The notes under the pieces were generated by a model. That model did not search any database, was not told the origin of the DNA, and saw nothing but the letters and a program-made list of their open reading frames with translations. From NCBI GenBank assembly GCA_030390025.1, contig CM059438.1, positions 57,538,001 through 57,602,000 on the forward strand: 64,000 bases of DNA. Reading direction: 5' to 3'. Below, piece by piece: positions 25,965 to 37,880 of this stretch; position 1 is the first letter of the stretch; each line of letters starts with the position of its first letter. Position numbers and translations under genes: made by a program. The stretch comes from Squalus acanthias. Taxonomy: Eukaryota.

Positions 25965-26702
25965 GGCCCAGAAATTAAAGACGGAACCTTCCTGCGGGGG
26001 TAAGGCTTCCCCGCAATATCTCACTGCGCGCCTGCCTTTTCCTTCTGAGCTCACACGAACTTTAGTTTCAAGGCTGCAGCTGTGCAGTGTGTGCGTATCC
26101 CACAGACGCAGTTCATTCGTGCGAGCTCTGGGATCACGTGATTCAGTTAGAGCCAATGGCAGCACACCATCTTTCATTCATAGTTTTGACAGCAAGGGCT
26201 GTCAAAGCTATGAATCTATACCCCCCCAAAAGAACAGCTAAACCTCAATTAAATTTAAAAAAAAACCCATCATAAAATAAGTATAGTTTATTAAATTAAC
26301 CACTTTAAACAAAAAATAAAATGTTTGAAAAAATTTAAAATCTTTTTAAAAGTTATGAAAATAAACTTACCTTTCTTTAAAGTCTCTAAAAAAGATATAA
26401 CTGTTGAAAAAAATTTAAAATAATACTTAATTAACTACTTACCTTGTTAAAAGAGGGTCTTACGCCTCCTTTCTTTATGTGCAAAATCTTCCATGCTTAC
26501 CTGCGCGTTCAAAGCACTAAGTGCACTGCGTGCGCGCAGCCTGTAGCGCGCACGCGGTTCACTTAGGAACCGCCCCCTTTTGAGTTCACCAAGTGCTGGT
26601 TTTCAGCGCATGCGCAGTGCATGCAGAAAACCGGCAATTGGAGACAGAATACGCGAGAGTACACAGTGCGTACTCTCGCGTACTGAGACTAATTTTTGGG
26701 CC
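25965..26702. mobile_element. Harbinger-type MITE family M2, copy 1
   Basis: TIR GGCCCAGAAATT / AATTTTTGGGCC; TSD AAT; reverse-oriented homologue of 55120-55880. Confidence 0.85.
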
Positions 26703-26986
26703 AATATTCAGGCTTGGGCTGATAAGTGGCAAGTAACATTCGCACCACATAAGTGCCAGGCAATGACCAACTGTGGCTTCAAGAGCACGTCAGAGGCAAG
26801 GAATTCTGTGGCGAGTGACTCACCTCCTGACTGCCCAAAGCCTTTCTACCACCTACAAGGCACAAGGCACATGTGCTCTCCACTTGCCTGGATGAGTGCA
26901 GCTTCAACAACACTCAAGAAGTTCGACACCATCCAGGACAAAGCTGTCCGCTTGATTAGCACCCCATCCAACACCTGAAATGTTTA

Positions 26987-27369
26987 GGGGGAAAAATTTG
27001 GTTGATTTGCGCCTCCCTTTAGCACCCTAAGAGGGCGCTAACGGGGCGAAAATCAACTAGCGCCCAAGCGCGGCGCCGCTAATGCCTGCCGCAAAATTTA
27101 GCGGGAGGTTAGCGGCGGTGGTAACCATTAGCGCCCCATGGCGCTGCGCCTCCGGCGATGATGTCATCGCCATATGCAGCGCCCCGCTCGCGCCTTGGCC
27201 CTGGCCGTGATCTTCGGTACCGCTCCCTGACATACCGCCGAACGCCAAGTCCGACAGGGTCAGGGGGGCCTACCTGCGGCCGGGGCGGCGCTAATTAAAG
27301 GGAAGGCTTTAAAAGTAGCGCCCCGGCGAAGTTAGCGCCCCAAAGTGGGCGCGACCCAATTTTGACCCC
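26987..27369. mobile_element. CpG-rich Harbinger MITE related to the H6 end
   Basis: GGGGGAAAAATT / AATTTTGACCCC termini; TSD TTA; repeated TTAGCGCC motifs. Confidence 0.82.
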
Positions 27370-27537
27370 TTACTCCCTCCACCGCTGGCACACCGTGGCT
27401 GCAGTGTGTACCATCTACAAGATGCACTGCAGGCTTCTTCAACAGCACCTCCCAAACCTGCGACCTCTATTACCCAGAAGGACAAGGGCAGCAAGTGCAG
27501 GGGAACACCACCAGCTCCAAGTTCCCCTCAAGTATAT

Positions 27538-27802
27538 TGTTGAGGCTGCCGCGAAACACGAATGGAGGCTGAATCCATATGTGGAAAACAAGAAACTTTT
27601 ATTCACTGCATGCCACACAAAATGGCTGAGAGAAAGCTGCTCCCAGAATTCTCTGCTAAAAACTCCCAGAATTCTCTGGGTAAAACCTGAGGCCCCGCCC
27701 CCTTCTGCCTTAAAGGTAATGTGCCTTAAAGGGGAAGGGGCTGGAAATCTGTCCACAGACGGAAGAGTGGATTATGCCCGTTTTAGGTGGCGATCCGCCA
27801 CA
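27538..27802 (-). repeat. 3' LTR
   Basis: Matches 31664-31928 with 2 substitutions seen; preceded on the minus strand by PPT GGGGGGAGCTG. Confidence 0.95.
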
Positions 27803-27822
27803 CAGCTCCCCCCAGAATCCGC

Positions 27823-30800
27823 TTAGGAGGTGTGGACGAGACGGTGCGGCGGTCTGATGGGCCGGCCGGAGCGGCTCTTGTAGGACACCGGTGGACGTGG
27901 AACGGCCTGGGCGTGGAGCAGCCGGGTGAACCGGCTTGAGGGCAGGTCGGCCGCGTGGAGGTGGAGAGCTACAGGGACCTGCTCACCGGGCTCCGAGGGT
28001 GCTGGCTTGAGTCGGTCCACCGACACTTTTTCGGTCCTGTCGCCCACTTGCAGGGTGAAAAATTTGTCCCCAGCCTGTAGCACCTTGTAGGGCCCGTCGT
28101 ATGGGGGTTGAAGGGGTCCGCGGTGGGCGTCGTGCCGGACGAAAACAAACCGTGCCTGGTGCAGGCTTAGTGGGACGTGTGAGGTGGATTCGCCGTGCCG
28201 GGCAATGGGCACCGGGACGAACTGCAGCGCCGGTGAGGCGAAGTTGTGGCGTTGCTGGTCGGCTGACCAGGGTGTCGTGGCGGTTGGCAGGAACTCGCCG
28301 GGTAAGCGCAGCGGCTGACCGTACACGAGCTCTGCTGCCGATGCGTGGAGGTCTTCTTTAACCGCGGTGCGCAGGCCGAGGAGGACCCACGGAAGTCGGT
28401 CGGTCCAGGTGCCGTCTTGGAGGCTGGCTCGAAGAGATGCCTTCAAGGATCTGTGGAACCGCTCACACAGTCCGTTGGCTTGGGGGTGGTACGCTGTGGT
28501 GCGGTGAATGGTCACCCCGAGATTGCGTGCGACGGCAGTCCAGAGTTCAGAGGTAAATTGCGGACCTCTGTCCGACGTCATGTCGGAGGGGACGCCGAAC
28601 CGTGCGACCCAGGTGCTGACGAAGGCTCTGGCGATGTCGGCGGTGGTGGTAGAGGTCAGTGGAATTGCCTCAGGCCAGCGTGTGGTGCGGTCAACGATGG
28701 TCAGCAAGTGCGTGTGGCCTTGTGACGGCGGCAGGGGCCTGACGATGTCCACGTGGATGTGGTCGAATCTCCGCGAGGGGACGGTAAACTCCTCGAGGGG
28801 TGCTTTCGTGTGTTGCTGTACCTTGGCCCGTTGGCAGGCTAGGCAGGAGTTGGCCCAAGTACGCACATCCTTGCGAAGGCCGCGCCAGACAAAGCGGTTG
28901 GATACCAATTTGATGGATGCGTGGGCGCCGGGGTGGGAGAGGTTGTGGAGAATGTCGAATACCCGGCGGCGCCAGGACGCTGGAACGACGGGCCGAGGTT
29001 GACATAGGGATATGTCGCACTTGACCGTGACTGTGGTCGGGCCACAGGCGACGTCGGCCAGGCGTAGCCCTGGTAGGTTGGTGGGTGCGGAGAGCAGATC
29101 AGGGTCGGTGCTCTGGTCTGCTGCGAGTTGAGCGTAGTCGACTCCTAGGTGTGCGGCGTGGATGGCGGGGCGGGAGAGGCAGTCGGCTACCACATTGTCT
29201 CAGCCGGAGGCGTGTTGGATGTCCGTGGTGAACTCGGACACTGCCGCGAGCTGGCGCTGCTGCCTGGCGGACCAGGGGTCGGTTGTCTTTGCCATTGCGA
29301 ATGTCAGGGGCTTGTGGTCGACAAACGCAGTGAAGGGGTGGCCCTCAAGCAAAAACCGAAAATGGCGGACCGCCAGGAACAGCGCGAGGAGCTCGCGGTC
29401 GAAGGTGCTGTACTTGACCTCCGGGGGGCGTCGTTGGCGGCTGAAGAAGGCAAGTGGTTGCCAGGCGCCGTCGACCCACTGCTCATACACGGCGCCGACC
29501 GCATGGTCGGAGGCGTCCGTGGTGAGCGCTACCCTGGCATTGGGCCGTGGGTGCGCGAGCAGGGTGGCGTTGGCGAGCGTGGTCTTGGTGGAATCGAAGG
29601 CGGCGGACGCGTCTGCCGTCCATTCGACCGCCATCTTGCCGCTCCTGCCCCGGAGGGCTTCATACAGGGGCCTCATGAGGGACGCCGCTTTGGGGATGAA
29701 GCGGTTATAGAAATTCACCATCCCGAGGAACTCCTGGAGGCCTTTGATGGTGGTGGGGCGGGGAAATTGTTGGACGGCCTGCACCTTGGTGGGCAGGGGA
29801 ATGGCCCCAGCATGGGTGATGTGGTGGCCGAGGAAGTCGATCTTGTCCAGGCCGAACTGGCATTTGGCTGGGCTGAGGATGAGCCCGTGGTCGCTGAGGC
29901 GCCCGAACAGGATGCGAAGGTGTTCGATGTGTTCCTGCTTGGAGGAACTGACTACCAGGATGTCGTCCAGGTAGACGAACAGGAACTTCAGGTTCCGAAG
30001 GACCGAGTCCATGAGCCGTTGGAATGCCTGGGCCGCGTTTTTGAGGCCGAAGGGCATCCGCAGGAACTCGAACAGGCCGAAGGGGGTGATTACGGCCGTC
30101 TTGGGGACGTCCGCGGGGTGGACGGGGACTTGATGGTAGCCGCGCACCAGGTCGACCTTGGAAAAGACTGAGCGGCCGGCCAGTCTAGCCGAGAAGTTCT
30201 GAATGTGCGGCACGGGGTACCGATCAGGGGTGGTGGCGTCACTGAGGCGGCGGTAATCCCCGCAGGGGCGCCAACCTCCGCCTGGTTTGGGGGCGATGTG
30301 GAGTGGGGAGGCCCAGGGACTGTTGGAGCGGCGGATGATGCCGAGCTGTTCCATGGTGGCAAACTCGGTCCGCGCGATCTCCAGTTTGGCCGGGTCCAGC
30401 CTGCGGGCGTGGGCGTACACTGGGGGGCCTGTGGTGGGGATGAAGTGTTCCATCCTGTGTTTGGAGGCCTCCGCGGAGAAGGTCGGATTGGTAAGGGCCG
30501 GGAATTCGGCCAGGACTGCCGAGTAGTCATCCGTGGCCTGGGCGTGGCACTGTGACGCCATGACGGCGGGTTGACGGGGGGCCATGGCGCCCAGGATGGG
30601 GGACATGGTGTTCATGTCCACGAGGCGGTGACGAGGGATGTCTACCAGTAAGCCGTGGGCACACAGGAAATCTGCGCCGATGAGGGGGGAGAGCACCTTG
30701 GCAGTGATGAACTCCCATCGGTAGCGGTGACCAGCGAGGTCGAGGGTGACTGTCCGGGTGCCATACGTCCGGATTTCCGAGCCGTTAGCAGCAGCCAGCG

Positions 30801-31623
30801 CCGGTCCTCGTTCGCCCTTTTGGATGTCGAGGGAAGAGGCCGGGATGATGCTGTGCTGAGCCCCAGTGTCGCACAGGAACCGGCGGCCGGTTTTGTCATC
30901 CGTGACGAACAGCAGGGAGCCCGCGTGGCCCACGGCCATCGCGGGGGCGGACTTGAAAGAGCAGGGAGGTGTGCACCGTTGTGCCCTGGCGCCGAACCGT
31001 GCGTGGTAGTAACAGTGGCCCGGGTTAGTGGGGCGTGAAGGCCCCGTGGGCCTGGTGACAGGCCCTTGTGGCCGTGTGCTGGATGGTGAGGGGCACGCCC
31101 AGGCATTGGCTGCCAGGTCCGGAGTGAAGTCGCGGCTGGAGTGAGCGGACAGCAGCTTGTCGGCCTCATCGGCCAGGGCTTCCAGGTTCGTGAGGCCGGA
31201 CGCCACGATCGCTGGGCGGATGCTGAGAGGGAGCTGGCGGATGAAGAGCGTGCGGAAGAGGGATCCGGGTGGGCTCTCGTCGGTGAGGGAGAGCATGTGG
31301 GAGAGGAGGTCTGACGGTGAGGCATCACCGAGGCCTGGAAAGTCGAGGAGGTGGCAGTTTCGCTGATATGCTGAGGCCGTAAATTTTTTAAGGAGCGCTG
31401 TCTTGAGATGTGCGTACTTGCCTTCCTCTGGTGGGTTCTGCAGCGTTGTCCAAACCTTGGAAACTGCGGCGCTACTGAGTGATGTGACGAGATAGTCGTA
31501 CTTCGTCCCATCTGTGGTGATATTTCGCAGCCAGAAGCGAGATTCAGCTTGGAGAAACCAGGCTTCGGGCTGGTTTTCCCAAAACTCTGGCAGTTTCACG
31601 GAAACTGCGTTCGTGTCCGCCAT
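27823..31623 (-). pseudogene. gag-pol polyprotein (Gag, protease, RT, RNase H, integrase) with one in-frame TGA at 29200-29202
   Basis: KLPEFW..PEAWF, CYYHARFGARAQRCTPPC, FLCDTGA, YLDD, TTDASD, DHKPL, H..SHPG..C..C, SDRGPQF, YHPQANG.CE, PYDGPY. Confidence 0.95.
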
Positions 31624-31648
31624 TGCAGTGCTCGGAATACGTTCTGAG

Positions 31649-31662
31649 CGTCGGGGTCACCA
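31649..31662 (-). promoter_or_regulatory. Primer binding site complementary to the tRNA-Trp 3' end
   Basis: TGGTGACCCCGACG one base after the 5' LTR; eukaryotic tRNA-Trp ends CGUCGGGGUCACCA. Confidence 0.88.
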
Positions 31663-31663
31663 A

Positions 31664-31928
31664 TGTTGAGGCTGCCGCGAAACACGAATGGAGGCTGAAT
31701 CCATATGTGGAAAACAAGAAACTTTTATTCACTGCATGCTACACAAAATGGCTGAGAGAAAGCTGCTCCCAGAATTCTCTGCTAAAAACTCCCAGAATTC
31801 TCTGGGTAAAACCTGAGGCCCCGCCCCCTTCTGCCTTAAAGGTAATGTGCCTTAAAGGGGAAGGGGCTGGAAATCTGTCCACAGACGGAAGAGTGGATTA
31901 TGCCCGTTTTTGGTGGCGATCCGCCACA
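31664..31928 (-). repeat. 5' LTR
   Basis: 265 bp, TGT...ACA ends, AATAAA on the minus strand. Confidence 0.95.
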
Positions 31929-32829
31929 ATATTGCCATTCCTTCTTTATCGTGGGTCAAAATCCTGGAACTCCCTAGCTAACAGCACCGTAGGAGTGCCT
32001 TCACCTCACTACTGCAGCGGTTCAAGAAGGCGGCTCACCACCACCTTCTCAATGGCAATTAGGGATGGGCAATAAATGCTGGCCTTGCAAGCGATGCCCA
32101 TATCCCGTGAATGAATAATAAAAAATTAAAAATTGGTGGTTGGAGTGGATTACGATGGCATCCCAGCAGTGACAGGAATAGTTCGGGGCCGCATTAAAAT
32201 ATTTTTTTAAATGTGTGAATATTTTTACATTTAGGAAACTTATCTGAAGCTTAAAATGCCTCAACCTTGTCGCAAAACTGCCCCCTACACTGGAGACAGA
32301 CCTTGGAGGTCTAAAGGAGCAGAGAGACATTGAAGCAAATTAACCAAGAAATCAGCCCATTCTTTGGGTAGGGTTTGAGAAACCCTCTGCCCATGCTACC
32401 TGAGCCAGTGGGCTTTTCCATGATCAAGCTTTTGAAAGAACTGTTTAATTTTTTGGTGCCTGATCTTGATTTGGCAGAACAAGTTCCTGTGCTTTGGTAC
32501 CTGACCTTAGTTAACATTTCTGCAATTTTGATGTTCAGCAACTCTAGAGGTATGCAAGCTTTGCAAGAAGAGAAATAGTGAATACATCTATGAACTGCCA
32601 TTGTCTTATTGCTTGAATTGGATGTGGTACTCTAAAGCACTATATTTGATTAGTCTGAGCCCCAAAAAATTGAGCTTTTTCTGGTAGATGATAAGATGGT
32701 TTGTGGTACTTTACTTAAAATCTTACTTTAAAATCTCCCAGTTAACCGTATTACACAGCTAAACCTAATATTTGATAGTCCTTTCAAGATACTAATAAAG
32801 GGATACCAGGTAGTCAGATCTATTGCTTT

Positions 32830-33335
32830 GTTGAATCATAGAATCTTGCAGCACAGAGGCGGCCATTCGGCCCATCGTGCCTCTTTGAAAGAGCTATCAA
32901 ATTAGTCCCACTTCCCTGCTTTTCCCCATAGCCCTGCAAATTTCTCCTCTGCAAGTATATATCCAATTGCCTTCTGAAAGTTAATAATGAATCTGCTTCC
33001 ACCACCCTTTCTGGCAGTGCATTCCACATCACAACTCATTGCGTAAATAGAATTCTAATTTACCGCTTGGATTTTTTGCCAATTATCTTAAATCTGTTTC
33101 CTCTGGTTACTGACTCTTCTGCCATTTGAAACACTTTCTCCCAATCTGCTCTATCACAACCTCTAATGATTTTCAACACCTGTATTAAATCTCCCGTTAA
33201 CCTTCTCTGCTCTAAGGAGAACAATCCCAGCTTCTCTAGTCTCTCCACATAACTGAAGTCCCTCATCCTTGGTTCCATTCTCATAAATCTCCTCTACTCC
33301 CTCTCCAAGGCCTTGACTTCTTTCCTAAAGTGTTC
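32830..33335 (-). mobile_element. CR1 3' end
   Basis: SYVERLEKLGLFSLEQRRL.GDLI and WNALP peptides; tail ATTCTATGATTC. Confidence 0.88.
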
Positions 33336-33834
33336 TAACACCTGTTGACACCTTGGTGCATAACAAGAGAAGCTGCTAATGTCTTTGAAAGTTTGTTGGA
33401 CTGTTGAGTATGCTAAATCAGTCCATCTGCTGGTCTTTGGACATTTATGTGCCAAGATTTTGTTGAACAGGAGCTACAACTAGGGCCACAGTCTGATGCT
33501 TTTAGTTTTGTTGATAAAGAGCATGGCAGTCTGCTATCCATATAGTGGAATGAAGATTCTTTCTTGGAGCTTTCGGGAACTGAGTACATTGGTCATCAAT
33601 TAAACAGCATTTCTGTAAACATAGACAGAGCATCACTTCATCACCTATATTCAGAGTCTGACTGTGAAACATTATGGCCCCACAACAAGAACATGGTTGC
33701 ATTGGGCCATAAATGTGGGCTCCTGATCTCTTTATTACTGTGAACAAGAACATAAATGAACAGTGATCCTCACCTGTTGGATGGTAATGTGCTTCACAGT
33801 AACTGCTAGAGCAGAGTGTTTGTATTATACTCAC

Positions 33835-33861
33835 CGAGGTCTACACGGAGATGGTTTCACT
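33835..33861 (-). CDS. Host-gene microexon, 27 nt (VKPSPCRP)
   Basis: ttttttcgtgtcttcag|AGTGAAACCATCTCCGTGTAGACCTCG|gtgagt; symmetric phase 2. Confidence 0.75.
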
Positions 33862-34199
33862 CTGAAGACACGAAAAAACAAATATCAGAAACTTCTTCTT
33901 GGTGATGGCACTTCCAGTGGGAGCATAGGAATTGTTGGATGAAAAAAGACCAAGGCCAATCTAGTTCGCCTTCTACAATCCTGATAAGACCCATGATACA
34001 ATGATAATGGAGTTGTTGACTAATCATAACAATCAAGCTCTATCAATTAGTCTACAACAGACACATGAGGCAAGCATTCCACAATGGTGAAAGGCTTTGC
34101 CAAGCATAGGCCCAAAGTCACCTGTTACTTGCAAGCATGCTACACATACCATATGTCATGTCTCAAATTACTCATATACTGTCTCCCAAAATATTATTT

Positions 34200-35372
34200 T
34201 TATTGAATTACACAGAATTTTACAGCCCAGAAATAGACCATTCGGCTGGTTTTTATGTCCCACGCGAGCCTCTTCCCACCTTATTTCATCTAATCCTATC
34301 TGCATATCCTTCTATTCCTTTTTCCCTCATGTACTTATCTAGCTTTCCATTCCCTCATGTACTTATCTAGCTTCCCATTAAATGCATCTATGCTGTTCGC
34401 CTCAACTACTCCAGTGGTAACGAGTTCCATATTCTAACCACTCTCTGAACAAAGAAGTTTCTCCTGAATTTCTTATTGGATTTATTAGTGACTACTTTAT
34501 ATTTAGGACCCTAGTTTTGGACTCCCTCACAAAAGAACATAAGAAATAGGAGCAGAAGTAGGCTGTATGGCCTACTTCAATAAGATAATGGCTGATCTTC
34601 GACCTCAACTCCACTTTTCCACCCGATCCCCATATCCCTTGATTCCCTTAGAGTCCAAAAATCTATAGATCTCAGACTTGAATATACTCAACAACTGAGC
34701 ATCCACAGCCCTCTGGGGTAGAGAATTCCAAAGATTCACCACCCTCTGAGTGAAGAAATTTCTCCTCATCTCAGTCCGAAATGGCCAACTCCTTATCCTG
34801 AGACTATGGCCCCTAGTTCTAGACTCTCCAGCCAGGGGAAACAACCTCTCAGCATCTACCCTGTCAAGCCCTCATTCTTCTAAACTCCAAAGATTTTAGG
34901 CCCAGTCTACTCAATCTCTCCTCATAGGACAACCCTCTCATCCCATGAATCAATCTAGTGAACCTTTGTTGCACCCTTCTAAGGCAAGTATATCCTTTCT
35001 CAGGTACGGAGACCAAAACTGAACACAGTACTCCAGGTGTGGTCTCACCAAAGCCCTGTACAATTGCAGTAAGACTTCCTTACTCTTGTATTCCAACCCC
35101 CTTGCAATAAAGGCCAATTTACGTTCCTAATTGCTTGCTTACCTGCATGTTAACTTTCTGTGTTTCGTGTACAAGGACACCCAATTCACTCTGAACACCA
35201 ACATTTAATAGTTTTTCACCATTTAAAAAATATTATTTTCCTATTCTTCCTACCAAAGTGAATAACCTCATATTTCCCCACATTATACTCCATCTGCCAC
35301 GTTCTTGGCCACTCACTTAACCTGTCTATATCCCTTTGGAGACTCTTTGTGCCCTCCTCACAGCCTACTTTC
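34200..35372 (-). mobile_element. Two stacked CR1 3' fragments
   Basis: RTRGHSLRI..MRRNFFTQRVVNLWNSLP; tails at ~34205 and ~34535 (AGAACATAAGAAATAGG). Confidence 0.85.
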
Positions 35373-35514
35373 CCAAAAAGAAACATCTCATAAATGGAAA
35401 CATCTTCGCCATGTGTTTCTCCGGAAATTGCAGGGGTGTGCTTGTGTGTGTGTCCACGTACGGGAGTATGTGCTGTGCATCTCTCGCTGACCTACACTGA
35501 CTCCCAGTCCACCA

Positions 35515-36220
35515 ATGCCTTGATGTTAACATTCTCATCCTCATGTTAAAATCCCACCATGGCCTCGCTCCTCCTTATCTCTGTAACCTCCTTTAGTCCT
35601 ACAACCCTCCAAGAACTCTATGTTCCTCCAACTCTGACCTCTTGTGCATTCCCCACTTCCTTCGACCATTGGCGGTTGTGTCCTACCATCGCCGAATCCC
35701 CCACCATATACATCCTGGGGGTCACCATTGACCAGAAACGTACCTGGACCAGCCACATAAATACTGTGGCAACAAGAGCAGGTCAGAGGCTAGGTATTCT
35801 GCGGCAAGTGTCTCACCTCCTGACTCCCCAAAGCCTTTCCACCATCTACAAGGCACAAGTAAGGAGTGTGATGGAATACTTTCCACTTGCCTGGATAAGT
35901 GCAGCTCCAACAACACTCAAGAAACTCGACACCATTCAGGACAAAGCAGCCCGCTTGATTGGCACCCCATCCATCACCTTAAACATTCACTCCCTCCACC
36001 ACCGGCGTACCGTGGCTGCAGTGTTTACCATCTACAAGATGCACTGCAGCAACTCGCCAAGGCTTCTTCGGCAGCACCTCCCAAACCCGTGACCTCTTCC
36101 ACCTAGAAGGACGAGGGCAGCAGGCGCATGGGAACACCACCACCTCCAAGTTCCCCTCCAAGTCACACACTATCCTGACTTAGAAGTATATCGCCGATCC
36201 TTCATCGTCACTGGGACAAA
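35515..36220 (+). mobile_element. Short L2-like 3' piece joined to a LINE family B 3' fragment
   Basis: 35515-35675 resembles an L2 3' end (HGLAPPYLCNLL); 35680-36220 matches 46170-46710. Confidence 0.75.
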
Positions 36221-37880
36221 ACACATACCACATGAACAATGTACAGCCGAAAACTGAAGGCCCGGAAATCCATTGGCTTTTGCTCCCAACGTAAGTACTA
36301 ATACTTGCCGTCTGGAAAACTCCATTGCTGACCTCGCTGGGAGAGGTTCCCTAATTAGTATGAAATTACAGCTGCATTTGGGATCCTGGTAAAGTAGTTG
36401 GTCACAATACTCCACCTGGGGCCTAACCAGTGTTTTATAAAGGTTTACCATAACTTCTTTGCTTTTGTACTCTATGCCTCTAATTTATAAAGTATATGCC
36501 TTTTTAATGGCCTTCTCAATTTGTCCTGCCACCTTCAAAGACTTGTGTTCGTACACCCCCAGGTCTCTCTGCTCCTGCACCCCTTTTAAAATTACACCAT
36601 TTAGTTTATATTGCCTCTCCTCATTTTTCGACCAAAATTAATCACTTCACATTTCTCTGTGTTAAATGTCATCTGCCATGTGTCTGCCCATTTCACCAGT
36701 CTGACTATGTCCTCCTGAAGTCTGTTACTATCCTCCTCAGTTTCTTGTGTCATCTGCAAACTTTGAAACTATGCCCCGTATATATCAAAAAGAACAGTGG
36801 TCCCAACACCGACCTCTTGGGGACACAGCTGCACACTTCCCTCCAGTGTGAAAAACAACTGTTCACCACTACTCACTCCTTTCTGACATTTAGCCAATTT
36901 CATATCCACGCAGCCACTGCCCCTTTAATCCTTCAAGATTGTAGCCAGAGTCTCCACAGTTTCCATCCTTAATTTCCTCAGCAATGCTCTCTGCCTCCAC
37001 AAGATCATCTTTTTACTCCTAATCAGTATCAATTTTGCAAACATGTCTATTATGTGCTACTTTATCAAACACCTTTTGAAAGTTCATATCCACATCAACC
37101 ACACTACCCATATCAACCCTCTTTGTTGCTTCATCAAAGAACTCAATCAAGTTAGTCAAACATGATTTGCCTTTAACAAATCCGTGCTGGCTTTCATTTA
37201 TTAACCCATATTTTTCTAAGTGCCAATTAATTTTGTCCCGGATTAACGTCTCAAAGTTTCCCCACCTCTGACATCAGGTTTACTGGCCTCTAGTTGCCGG
37301 GTTAATCCCTCTCCTCTTTTTTGAACAGGGGTGTAAAATTTGCAATCCTCCAGTCCTCTAGCACCACCCCATATCTAAGGTTGTAGCCAGAGCCTCCGCA
37401 ATTTCCACCCTTACTTCCCTCAGCAACTGAGGATGCATCCCATCCGGACCTGGTGAATTTTCTACTTTGAGTGCTCCAAGCTTTTAAGTAACTCCTCTTT
37501 ATCCATTTTTATTCTATCCAATTTCTCTACTGCCTCCTCCTTTACTGCTACATTGGCAGCATTCCTTTCTTTAGTGAAGACAGATTAAAAGTGCTCATTT
37601 AGTACCTCAGCCATGCCCTCAGTCGCCACAAGAAGATCTTTTTGGTCCCTAATCGGTCCCACCCTTCCTTTGACTATCCTTTTACTATTTATTTGTTTAT
37701 AAAAGACGTTAAGATTCCCTTTTATGTTACCTGCTAATCTATTCTCATACACTTTCTTTGCCCCTCTTATTTCCTTTATCAGTTCTCCTCTGTATTTTTG
37801 TATTCAGTTTGGTTCTCGATAGAATAATGAAATGTACATTTATCATAAGCCTCCTTTTTCTATTTCATTTTAATCTCTAT

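Larger units (their letters stand above)
27538..31928 (-). mobile_element. Full-length Ty3/Gypsy LTR retrotransposon, CsRn1/Kabuki-like clade
   Basis: 265-bp TG...CA LTRs at 27538-27802 and 31664-31928; TSD ATAT; tRNA-Trp PBS; G-rich PPT; CHCC Gag knuckle. Confidence 0.96.
25948..32122 (+). mobile_element. CR1-group LINE family B 3' fragment split by two MITEs and a Gypsy element
   Basis: LINE pieces 25948-25964, 26703-26986, 27370-27537 and 31929-32122 join across TSDs; tail CCCGTGAATGAATAA. Confidence 0.8.

Noticed and set aside
29149..30171. 340-aa plus-strand ORF and other ORFs overlapping the Gypsy element
   Set aside because: Antisense or alternative-frame shadows of a GC-rich pol gene with no recognisable motif
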